Below are positions 37,962 through 46,020 of a stretch of DNA of 54,379 nucleotides, piece after piece. How positions within the stretch are numbered: position 1 is the first letter of the stretch; each line of letters opens with the position of its first letter. This DNA comes from an uncultured Flavobacteriaceae bacterium (GTDB lineage: Bacteria > Bacteroidota > Bacteroidia > Flavobacteriales > Flavobacteriaceae): contig CAZLXG010000004.1 of assembly GCA_964563585.1 (NCBI GenBank), positions 8,594 through 62,972 on the forward strand, given 5' to 3'. The notes under the pieces were generated by a model that searched no databases, was not told the origin of the DNA, and saw only the letters and a list, made by a program, of their open reading frames with translations. The translations under genes and the position numbers were made by a program.

Positions 37962-38219
37962 CTAAAACAATTCAGGATTCATACTTGCCATATTAGCTTT
38001 TTTACGCTTTTGTATTGGGCTATCCATATCAACTTGAAAAACATCTAAATAATCATTGTTTATACCTCCAACTGTTGCGCTTAATGACAACCCAAAGTTT
38101 CTTATTCCTGCTTCATTGGTTACATCTGTAAATTTACCTTCATCATTTCTATATAAGAGGTCTGTTTCATTATCCTTTACGTTATTCATTCTATAATATA
38201 AAAAAAAGCCCATAAACAT
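37962..38219 (-). pseudogene. relic of a VCBS/FG-GAP (CRTAC1-like) repeat protein gene
   Basis: The 85-codon ORF contains LLYRNDEGKFTDVTNEAGI...GGINNDYLDVFQV, a single FG-GAP/VCBS repeat unit. Such units normally occur in proteins of several hundred aa. No signal peptide and no further repeats are present. It sits between two tRNA genes. Confidence 0.45.
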
Positions 38220-38259
38220 TATGTTTATGGACTTTTTGAATAACTTAAGTTATTCTCTG

Positions 38260-38332
38260 TGACCGGGCTGGGGCTCGAACCCAGGACCCTCTCCTTAAAA
38301 GGGAGATGCTCTACCAACTGAGCTACCAGGTC
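38260..38332 (-). tRNA. tRNA-Lys (anticodon UUU)
   Basis: Hand fold: acceptor gacctgg/cccggtc (one T-C mismatch at 5:68), D-arm tagctcagttggtagagc, anticodon stem tctcc/ggaga with loop ctTTTaa, T-arm ctggg-ttcgagc-cccag, discriminator A. Confidence 0.88.
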
Positions 38333-38368
38333 ATTAATAACAACTAATGATATTGCTGTTAGCGGGTG

Positions 38369-38398
38369 CAAATATAAAATGTTTAATTAATAAAACAA
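38369..38398 (-). promoter_or_regulatory. Bacteroidota-type promoter of tRNA-Lys (-33 TTG, 19-nt spacer, -7 TAtaTTTG)
   Basis: The minus strand reads ttg-N19-tatatttgcacccgctaacagca. The -7 box ends about 36 nt upstream of the tRNA 5-prime end. Confidence 0.5.
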
Positions 38399-38474
38399 TA
38401 CTTTTTTTGAAGAAATTTTCGTTTTTTTGCACTACTTAAACGTATGTTTTTAATAATCAATTTATAGCAAAAAA

Positions 38475-38996
38475 ATGATAGTAGTTTTTATAGGATATAT
38501 GGCTTCCGGAAAGTCTACTTTAGGTAAGGTATTAGCTCAAAAATTGAACTATAGTTTTATTGATTTAGATGATTATATTGAAGAAAAAGAAAACACATCA
38601 GTTAGCAATATTTTTAAAACAAAAGGTGAAATTTATTTTAGAAAAGCAGAAATGTTGCATTTAAAAAGTATTTTAAAAAGTAAAAACAATATAGTTTTAT
38701 CCTTAGGAGGAGGAACGCCTTGTTATAGCAATAACATAGAATTGCTTTTAAAAGCTAATAATATTAAAAATATTTATTTAAAGGCATCAATCCTAACTTT
38801 AGTAGAAAGACTCAAAAACGAAAAAACAAAACGCCCTTTAATTGCTCATATAAAAACAGACGAATTACTTACAGAGTTTATTGGTAAACATTTATTTGAA
38901 CGTACTCAATATTATAATCAAGCTGAAATAGTAATATCAACAGATAATAAAACTGAAATTGAAATTATTGAAGAATTAATTTTTCAACTATTCTAA
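38475..38996 (+). CDS. aroK: shikimate kinase
   Basis: 173 aa. Walker A GYMASGKST, FIDLDDYIE, and GGGTPC (the shikimate-binding GGG). Confidence 0.9.
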   Translation: MIVVFIGYMASGKSTLGKVLAQKLNYSFIDLDDYIEEKENTSVSNIFKTKGEIYFRKAEMLHLKSILKSKNNIVLSLGGGTPCYSNNIELLLKANNIKNIYLKASILTLVERLKNEKTKRPLIAHIKTDELLTEFIGKHLFERTQYYNQAEIVISTDNKTEIEIIEELIFQLF

Positions 38997-39491
38997 AACA
39001 GCTTTAAAAGTTTTACCTTCTAAAACTACATTTACATGTTCGTGTAACGACGTAGATAAAGAAATACCTTTGAAATCTGCTTTAACAGGATATTTTTTAT
39101 GATTTCTATTTACTAAAACAGCAGTTTTAAATTGTTTTAAAGGCACATCTAAGAAATGTTTAACACCATAAATTAATGTAGTGCCAGAATTTAAAACATC
39201 ATCTACAAGAATTAAAGATTTATTTTGATAATCTACAGATAGAATAGATGTTTTAATTTCTGCTGTAGGATTCTTTTTATCAATAATAACTTTGCAAAGA
39301 ATAGGGTTAATATCAGAAATTTTTTGAAGTGCGGTTTTTAATTTTTTTGCAAGAACATAACCATTACTATCAATACCAGCTAAAATCACTTCTTTCTCAT
39401 TTACATTATTTTCATATATCTGAAATGCAATGCGTTTAATTTTATGATTAATTTCGGTATGTGTTAGAATTACATTATTCGTAACATTCAT
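38988..39491 (-). CDS. phosphoribosyltransferase family protein (PyrR-like)
   Basis: 167 aa. PRPP-binding motif LILVDDVLNSGTT. Its end overlaps aroK by 9 nt in convergent orientation. Confidence 0.75.
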   Translation of the reverse strand: MNVTNNVILTHTEINHKIKRIAFQIYENNVNEKEVILAGIDSNGYVLAKKLKTALQKISDINPILCKVIIDKKNPTAEIKTSILSVDYQNKSLILVDDVLNSGTTLIYGVKHFLDVPLKQFKTAVLVNRNHKKYPVKADFKGISLSTSLHEHVNVVLEGKTFKAVLE

Positions 39492-39521
39492 ATAGATTAG
39501 GTATTAAATTAAAATATAAAA

Positions 39522-39893
39522 TTACTCATTTTCATCAGTAAAATCGTCAATATCTCTTCTATCTTTTTTTGTTGGTCTACCAACACCTTTTTTACGGTAA
39601 TAATCTTTCGAGTATTTTAAAAGCTCTTGAGCTTCAAATTGCTCTTTAGGTGTAATGTCTGTTCTGTAAAGATTAACCAATTTAGCACCAATTCTACTCT
39701 CAGGTATCTCATTAACAGTAAGTTTGTAGTTTATTTGATTTTTTCTTAATTCAATAATATCTAAAGGAAATACTTCTCTGCTTGGTTTAACTATGTCTCC
39801 ACTTACTCTTACTTGCCCTTTTTTACATGCAGTTGTGGCCAGCGTTCTAGTTTTGTAATACCTAATACACCATAAATACTTATCAATTCGCAT
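39522..39893 (-). CDS. S4-domain RNA-binding protein (Hsp15-like)
   Basis: 123 aa. The N-terminus MRIDKYLWCIRYYKTRTLATTACKKGQVRVSG is an S4 domain. Basic C-terminal tail. Confidence 0.8.
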   Translation of the reverse strand: MRIDKYLWCIRYYKTRTLATTACKKGQVRVSGDIVKPSREVFPLDIIELRKNQINYKLTVNEIPESRIGAKLVNLYRTDITPKEQFEAQELLKYSKDYYRKKGVGRPTKKDRRDIDDFTDENE

Positions 39894-39974
39894 ACAATTA
39901 TTCTAAAAACTACGTTAATGTTCTTGTACAAGATTATATTAAAATTGTATCTTGCGCCTCAAAAATAGGCAATA

Positions 39975-40901
39975 ATGGGAAAAGGAAAAGTAGCTTTATT
40001 AATTTTATGTTTACTAGTTGGTTTTTTATCTTGTAATAAAGATGATGGTAATGGGGGTACAACTGTAGTAGAAGTAAGAGATAGAGCTGAACAACAAATA
40101 GCAGACAATGATTCAATTGTAGCCTATTTAGAAACACATTATTATAACGCTAGTGCATTTGTTTCAAATTTGGACTCAAGTATTTCTGATTTGATTATAA
40201 GTGAATTACCTGAAAGTGGTGTATTGCCAGATCCTACTAATAATGCATTGTTAATGAGTGCTGTAGAAACAAAAACTGTTGTTTTCGCTGATACAGATTA
40301 CGAATTTTATATTCTTAGATTAAATGATGGAGGCGGAGAATCTCCAATTTTTTCTAATACAATTCGTGTAAATTATGAAGGCTTTACATTAGATAATAAA
40401 GTGTTTGATAGCGCAGTTACACCAGTAGATTTCGATTTAACGTCGTTAATTCCTGGGTGGAGAAAAGTGATGCCGTTTTTTAATACAGCAGAAAATTTTA
40501 TTAATAATGGAGATGGTACTGTAAGTTATATAAATCATGGAGCAGGTGTTATGTTTTTGCCTTCAGGTTTAGGATATTTTTCTAATGCCACCGTTGGAAT
40601 TTCGTCATATACCCCGATTGTTTTTAAATTTGAATTATTTCAAACATCAGAAAATGATCATGATAACGATGGTGTGCCTTCACAATTGGAAGATTTAAAT
40701 GGAGATGGAGAATTTACTTTAGATGATGATGATACTGATGAAGACAATATTCCTAACTATTTTGATAATGATGATGATGGAGATGGAATTTTAACAATTG
40801 ATGAGGACATAAATAATGACGGTGATCCAACAAATGATGATTCAAACGGTAATGGTATCCCTAATTATTTAGATTCTGAAGATGTAGAATCTAAATCATA
40901 A
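39975..40901 (+). CDS. FKBP-type peptidyl-prolyl isomerase lipoprotein with a C-terminal thrombospondin-type-3-like calcium-binding repeat tail
   Basis: 308 aa. Lipobox LLVGFLSCNKDD. FKBP core IRVNYEGFTLDNKVFDS...LIPGWRKVM. C-terminal DNDGVPSQLEDLNGDG, DTDEDNIPNYFDNDDDGDG and NNDGDPTNDDSNGNGIPNYLD repeats. Confidence 0.75.
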   Translation: MGKGKVALLILCLLVGFLSCNKDDGNGGTTVVEVRDRAEQQIADNDSIVAYLETHYYNASAFVSNLDSSISDLIISELPESGVLPDPTNNALLMSAVETKTVVFADTDYEFYILRLNDGGGESPIFSNTIRVNYEGFTLDNKVFDSAVTPVDFDLTSLIPGWRKVMPFFNTAENFINNGDGTVSYINHGAGVMFLPSGLGYFSNATVGISSYTPIVFKFELFQTSENDHDNDGVPSQLEDLNGDGEFTLDDDDTDEDNIPNYFDNDDDGDGILTIDEDINNDGDPTNDDSNGNGIPNYLDSEDVESKS

Positions 40902-40923
40902 AAAAACTATATAAATTATAAAC

Positions 40924-40953
40924 AAAAAAATCTCGCAGCTGCGAGATTTTTTT
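40924..40953. terminator. bidirectional rho-independent terminator between convergent genes
   Basis: aaaaaaatctcgcagctgcgagattttttt: a GC-containing perfect palindrome flanked by an A7 run and a T7 run. Confidence 0.75.
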
Positions 40954-40967
40954 GTTTAGTATATCAT

Positions 40968-41552
40968 TTACAAAATAAAAGACAAGCTTAAAATTATCTG
41001 GTCAGGGCGCGTATCTATTCTGCTAGTGTCAATATTGTTATTGTTTAAAAAAGATGCTTCATTATTGCTTAAACCTCTTTCATATCTAACATCAATACCA
41101 ATTTTATTTAAATTAAGACCAATTCCGAAGTTTAAACCAAAAGACAAATCTTTTTCAATATCATTAATAGAAATGCCTTCAAATTCCGAATCTAAAATGT
41201 ATTGAAACGATGGTCCCGCAAAAACACTAAGCGGGCCAATAACTTTTATTCCTACTAATACCGGAATATCAATTTTTTGCATTTTAAACTCCTCATTTGC
41301 ATAATCACTTTTTGTACTAGTATATACAATTTCTGGTTTTATGTAAAGTTTCTTTCCAAATTTTCCAAAAACACCAATATGGAAACCAATATTTCTGTCT
41401 GGGTTTTCTGCGTTTGTAGATATAGATTCAAAATAATCACCATTGGCATTATAATTTAAACCAGCTTTAAATCCAAATCCACTTGCAGATTGTGCAAAAG
41501 TTGTAGTAGTAGTTAACACTAAAATTAATGTAATAAAAAAGGAATTTTTCAT
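40968..41552 (-). CDS. outer-membrane beta-barrel (porin family / OmpA-beta-barrel-like) protein
   Basis: 194 aa. Signal peptide ending TFAQS, alternating-hydrophobic beta strands, and a C-terminal ...ILSLSFIL with terminal aromatic/hydrophobic residues. Confidence 0.7.
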   Translation of the reverse strand: MKNSFFITLILVLTTTTTFAQSASGFGFKAGLNYNANGDYFESISTNAENPDRNIGFHIGVFGKFGKKLYIKPEIVYTSTKSDYANEEFKMQKIDIPVLVGIKVIGPLSVFAGPSFQYILDSEFEGISINDIEKDLSFGLNFGIGLNLNKIGIDVRYERGLSNNEASFLNNNNIDTSRIDTRPDQIILSLSFIL

Positions 41553-41675
41553 AATGTTCGTTTTTAAGATTTGATGTATAGTATCAAAAACGTTGCCAAA
41601 TCAATATTATTTTCTTTTTATAATAATCATTATCTTTTTTTACTTATTTATCTTTGCGCCGACAGAATTTTGAAT

Positions 41676-42806
41676 ATGATATTTGAATTAAAAGGAAAAG
41701 ATGCTCAAAGTAAAGCAAGAGCAGGAAAAATCATTACTGACCATGGCGTAATTGAAACGCCTATTTTTATGCCTGTTGGCACGGTTGCATCTGTAAAAGG
41801 TGTACACCAACGCGAACTTAAAAATGATATAAACCCAGACATTATTTTAGGTAATACTTACCATTTATATTTACGTCCAAAAACACATATTTTAGAAAAA
41901 GTAGGTGGCTTGCATAAGTTTATGAATTGGGACAGACCAATTTTAACAGATTCTGGCGGTTATCAAGTATATTCACTTTCGGGTAGAAGAAAAATTAAAG
42001 AAGAAGGGGTAAAGTTTAAAAGTCACATTGATGGTAGTTATCATATGTTTACTCCAGAAAATGTGATGGAAATCCAACGTAGTATAGGAGCGGATATAAT
42101 TATGGCTTTTGATGAATGCACACCGTATCCTTGCGATTATAATTATGCAAAACGCTCTATGCATATGACGCATCGTTGGTTAGATAGATGTATAAATCAT
42201 TTAGAAAAAACACCATTAAAGTACGATTATAATCAAGCGTTTTTTCCTATTGTACAAGGAAGCACGTATAAAGATTTGCGACAGCAATCGGCCGAATATA
42301 TTGCAAACGCTGGTGCAGTTGGTAATGCAATTGGGGGTTTGTCTGTTGGTGAACCTGCCGAAGAAATGTATGCCATGACTGAGGTTGTTACAGAAATTCT
42401 TCCAGAAGATAAGCCCCGTTATTTAATGGGAGTTGGCACACCAATCAATATTTTAGAAAATATTGCGTTAGGAATAGATATGTTCGATTGTGTGATGCCA
42501 ACACGTAACGCAAGAAATGGCATGTTGTTTACGGCTTATGGTTCAATAAATATTAAAAACTTAAAATGGGCAGATGATTTTTCGCCAATTGATGAAATGA
42601 ATATTACATGGGTAGATACAGATTATTCAAAAGCATATTTAAGGCATTTGTTTACAGTGAATGAAAGGCTGGGTGCGCAAATAGCAACCATACATAATTT
42701 AGGTTTTTATTTATGGTTGGTTCGCGAAGCAAGAAAACATATATTAGCGGGAGATTTTAGAATTTGGAAAGACAAAATGGTTAAACAAATGAATAATCGT
42801 TTATAG
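41676..42806 (+). CDS. tgt: tRNA-guanine transglycosylase (queuine tRNA-ribosyltransferase)
   Basis: The ATG at 41676 gives MIFELKGKDAQSKARAGKIITDHGVIETPIFMPVGT, the canonical Tgt N-terminus. DSGGYQ, GLSVGE and the zinc site CVMPTRNARNG...H are present. The track start at 41571 adds 35 non-homologous residues. Confidence 0.95.
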   Translation: MIFELKGKDAQSKARAGKIITDHGVIETPIFMPVGTVASVKGVHQRELKNDINPDIILGNTYHLYLRPKTHILEKVGGLHKFMNWDRPILTDSGGYQVYSLSGRRKIKEEGVKFKSHIDGSYHMFTPENVMEIQRSIGADIIMAFDECTPYPCDYNYAKRSMHMTHRWLDRCINHLEKTPLKYDYNQAFFPIVQGSTYKDLRQQSAEYIANAGAVGNAIGGLSVGEPAEEMYAMTEVVTEILPEDKPRYLMGVGTPINILENIALGIDMFDCVMPTRNARNGMLFTAYGSINIKNLKWADDFSPIDEMNITWVDTDYSKAYLRHLFTVNERLGAQIATIHNLGFYLWLVREARKHILAGDFRIWKDKMVKQMNNRL

Positions 42807-42809
42807 GAT

Positions 42810-43886
42810 TTGAAAATATTAGACTGGTACATATTAAAGCGTTATATATTTACATTTTTCATGATGTTGCTATTGTTTATTCCCATTGGGATAACAGTGC
42901 ATCTTGCTGAAAAAATTGGAAAAATTCTTGATAACGAAGTACCTTTTGATGCGGTAATGGTATATCTTTTTGATTTTACCATCTATTTTGCACATTTATT
43001 ATTTCCGCTATTTTTATTCTTATCAGTTATTTGGTTTACATCCAAACTAGCTAATAATACAGAGATTGTTGCGTTTTTAAGTTCGGGCGTTTCATTTACT
43101 AGATTTTTAAGACCTTATCTTATTGGCGCTTTTTTCGTTTCAATATTAGCACTTTTATTAGGTATGTTTTTAGCGCCTAAAGCAAGCCAAGGATTTAACG
43201 ATTTTAGTTATAAATATTTTAAAAAGGGCAGGAGTGCTGTAAAAGATAAAAATGTTTTTAGACAAATAAATGATAACGATTTTATTTACGTAAGTAGTTT
43301 TAATGTTAAAAATAAGCAAGGACAAAACTTTACTTTAGAGCATATTGAAGACAATAAACTTGTTTACAAAATTAACGCTACAGGTATTAAATATATTGAA
43401 AAAGACACTATATATAGATTAACAAATTATGTAAAAAGAACCGTTGGTGAAATTAATGATGAATTAGATATTATTAGAAGTAAAGACACATTGTTTTCTT
43501 TCGATATTGAAGATTTAACACCAGTGATTTATATAGCAGAAACATTATCTTATAGTGAATTAACAGATTTTATTGACAAAGAAGAAAAACGAGGTTCATC
43601 AAATATAGGACGATATCAACTTGTAAAATACAGAAAATGGAGTTTGCCAGTTTCCGTATTTATTTTAACCATAATTGCGGTTGCAGTTTCGTCAATAAAA
43701 AGACGTGGTGGCATGGGTGTTAATTTAGCTGTTGGTATTTGTATAGCCATGATTTTTGTTTTCTTCGATAAAATTTTTGGTGTGATGGCAGAACAATCAG
43801 ATTTTCCACCAATTATAGCGGTATGGTTTCCTAATATCATTTTTGGTATTTTAGCAGCATATCTTTTATATAATGCCAAACGCTAA
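42810..43886 (+). CDS. LptF/LptG family LPS export permease
   Basis: 358 aa with a TTG start. The N-terminus MKILDWYILKRYIFTFF is typical of YjgP/YjgQ permeases. Topology is three TM segments, a periplasmic domain, then three TM segments. Confidence 0.85.
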   Translation: MKILDWYILKRYIFTFFMMLLLFIPIGITVHLAEKIGKILDNEVPFDAVMVYLFDFTIYFAHLLFPLFLFLSVIWFTSKLANNTEIVAFLSSGVSFTRFLRPYLIGAFFVSILALLLGMFLAPKASQGFNDFSYKYFKKGRSAVKDKNVFRQINDNDFIYVSSFNVKNKQGQNFTLEHIEDNKLVYKINATGIKYIEKDTIYRLTNYVKRTVGEINDELDIIRSKDTLFSFDIEDLTPVIYIAETLSYSELTDFIDKEEKRGSSNIGRYQLVKYRKWSLPVSVFILTIIAVAVSSIKRRGGMGVNLAVGICIAMIFVFFDKIFGVMAEQSDFPPIIAVWFPNIIFGILAAYLLYNAKR

Positions 43887-44767
43887 GTTTAAAAATTACT
43901 TACACCTTCATTTTTTAGTTTTTATAGCTGGTTTTACAGCTATTTTAGGAGAATTAATTACCATAAAAGCAATTCCTTTAGTTTGGTTTAGAATGGTTAT
44001 TGCTGTTGTTTTAATGTTCTTATATATTAAAATCACTAAGGTGAACATAAAGGTTTCTCTAAAAGCAATAGTTAAGTTTTCAATTGCGGGTATTATAATC
44101 GCTTTACATTGGATCACTTTTTTTGGATCTATTAATGAATCTAATATATCCATAGCTTTAGCAATGTTTTCTACAGGTGCCTTTTTTGCATCTTTTATTG
44201 AGCCTATTATTTTTAAACGAACCGTTATTTGGTATGAAATTCTTTTTGGAATACTTATAATTATTGGCGTTTTTATAATTACACAAAGTGAAATAAAATA
44301 TATAAAAGGCATTTTATTAGGTATTTCTGCAGCATTGTTTTCTACATTATTTGCTGTACTAAATGGTAGTTTTTTAAAAAAGCACACCGCAACAGTTATT
44401 TCGTTTTACGAATTTTTAGGAGGTATTATATTTATTACAATTTTCTTATTGTTTCAAGGAGATGTTTTTTCAACAGATTTTTTTATTCTTAGTATTTTTG
44501 ATTATAGCTATTTATTTATTTATTTTAGCTTCAATCTGTACTGCTTATGCATTTATTGCATCTGTACATGTTATGAGATATATTAGTCCTTACACAGTAG
44601 TGTTAACATACAATTTAGAACCTATATATGGTATTATAATGGCAATTTTTCTTTTTCCAGAAAAAGAGAAAATGAGTTTAGCTTTTTATTATGGCGCTTC
44701 TATTATAATTGCAACCGTATTACTAAATGGTGTATTAAAAAATATAACAACATTAAAAAGAAAATAA
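43873..44767 (+). pseudogene. EamA/DMT family transporter split by a frameshift inside an (ATTT)4 repeat
   Basis: The 237-aa ORF becomes nonsense (FSFNLYCLCIYCICTCYEIY*) after 44525. The +1 frame continues with a proper second EamA half: ILASICTAYAFIASVHVMRYISPYTVVLTYNLEPIYGIIMAIFLFPEK.... Removing one ATTT unit joins them into a protein of about 296 aa. Confidence 0.75.
44510..44525 (+). repeat. (ATTT)4 tetranucleotide repeat at the EamA frameshift point
   Basis: atttatttatttattt was read directly. Three units would restore the frame. Confidence 0.9.
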
Positions 44768-44850
44768 TTGTAACAACTTATTAAGGTTTATTTTATAATT
44801 AATGCATTTCATTTTAATACTTTTATTTAAGTTAAAATGAAAAAATTATG

Positions 44851-44858
44851 TACGTTTG
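44851..44858 (+). promoter_or_regulatory. candidate -7 box (TAcgTTTG) for accA
   Basis: An exact TAnnTTTG match 40 nt upstream of the accA ATG. No clear -33 TTG was found. Confidence 0.35.
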
Positions 44859-44897
44859 TAGACTAACTAAATATTAATAGCATTAATTAAAATTCTT

Positions 44898-45851
44898 ATG
44901 GAATACTTAGAATTTGAACTACCTATAAAAGAGCTAGAAGATCAACTACAAAAATGTAGAGTGATTGGAGAAGAAAGTGAAGTCGACGTTACAGAAACTT
45001 GTTCTCAAATTGAAAAGAAACTAAAAGAAGCCCAAAAAGATATTTATAAAAACCTATCGCCATGGCAACGTGTACAATTGTCTCGCCACCCGAATAGACC
45101 TTACACATTAGATTATATAAAAGCTATTTGTGGTGATTCGTTTTTAGAATTGCATGGAGATCGTAATATAAAAGACGATAAAGCGATGATTGGTGGTTTA
45201 GGAAAGATTGGTGATCAAAGTTTTATGTTTATTGGCCAGCAAAAAGGCTATAATACGAAAACTAGACAATATAGAAATTTCGGAATGGCAAATCCAGAAG
45301 GCTATCGTAAAGCATTACGCCTAATGAAATCTGCCGAAAAATTTGGAATACCTGTTGTCTCTTTAATTGATACACCAGGGGCATATCCAGGTTTAGAAGC
45401 AGAAGAACGTGGACAAGGAGAAGCCATAGCTAGAAATATTTTAGAAATGACACGATTAAAAGTTCCTATCATTACTGTAGTTATTGGTGAGGGAGCCTCA
45501 GGTGGCGCCTTAGGTATTGGTGTTGGAGATAAAGTGTTGATGCTAGAAAATTCTTGGTACTCTGTAATCTCACCTGAGAACTGTTCTTCAATTTTATGGC
45601 GTAGTTGGGAATATAAAGAACAAGCAGCAGAAGCTTTAAAATTAACGGCTACAGATGCTATGAGGATAAAAGTAGTAGATGGAATTATAAAAGAGCCATT
45701 AGGTGGCGCACATAGAGATAGAACTAAAACGTTTACATCTGTAAAAAATGCGATTTTAAAATCTTTTGAAGCACTTAAAAACTTATCACCAAAAGATTTG
45801 GTCTCTCAGCGCATGGAAAAATATACTCAAATGGGAGTTTATAAAGGGTAA
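44898..45851 (+). CDS. accA: acetyl-CoA carboxylase carboxyltransferase subunit alpha
   Basis: 317 aa. [47 protein letters not shown]. Confidence 0.95.
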   Translation: MEYLEFELPIKELEDQLQKCRVIGEESEVDVTETCSQIEKKLKEAQKDIYKNLSPWQRVQLSRHPNRPYTLDYIKAICGDSFLELHGDRNIKDDKAMIGGLGKIGDQSFMFIGQQKGYNTKTRQYRNFGMANPEGYRKALRLMKSAEKFGIPVVSLIDTPGAYPGLEAEERGQGEAIARNILEMTRLKVPIITVVIGEGASGGALGIGVGDKVLMLENSWYSVISPENCSSILWRSWEYKEQAAEALKLTATDAMRIKVVDGIIKEPLGGAHRDRTKTFTSVKNAILKSFEALKNLSPKDLVSQRMEKYTQMGVYKG

Positions 45852-45874
45852 ATCATTTAAAATCATATCATAAT

Positions 45875-45907
45875 AAAATCTGAAGTTTTATACTTCAGAT
45901 TTTTTTT
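45875..45907 (+). terminator. rho-independent terminator after accA
   Basis: Stem aaaatctgaagt / acttcagatttt followed by a T run. Confidence 0.7.
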
Positions 45908-46020
45908 ATGGTTATTGACAATATTTTTAAGTTATTAACAGTTAAATTGTTAACGAGTAGTTGACAACCAGAGCTTAAGAATTCTATAAAACCACACTCA
46001 TTTTAGTTACTTTCGTAGTT

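Noticed and set aside
37550-38332. A prophage or integrative element at the tRNA genes.
   Set aside because: No integrase, excisionase or phage-like genes occur within several kb on either side. Only a short gene relic is present, so at most this is a scar.
39934-40137. A 67-aa minus-strand ORF that overlaps the start of the FKBP lipoprotein gene.
   Set aside because: It is Leu/Tyr/His low-complexity sequence that overlaps a well-supported lipoprotein signal peptide on the other strand.
41571-41675. The upstream extension of tgt (track start at 41571), and likewise the GTG extension of the small secreted protein (33180-33221).
   Set aside because: The extensions add non-homologous hydrophobic residues. 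The internal ATGs reproduce the canonical Tgt N-terminus and a clean signal peptide respectively.
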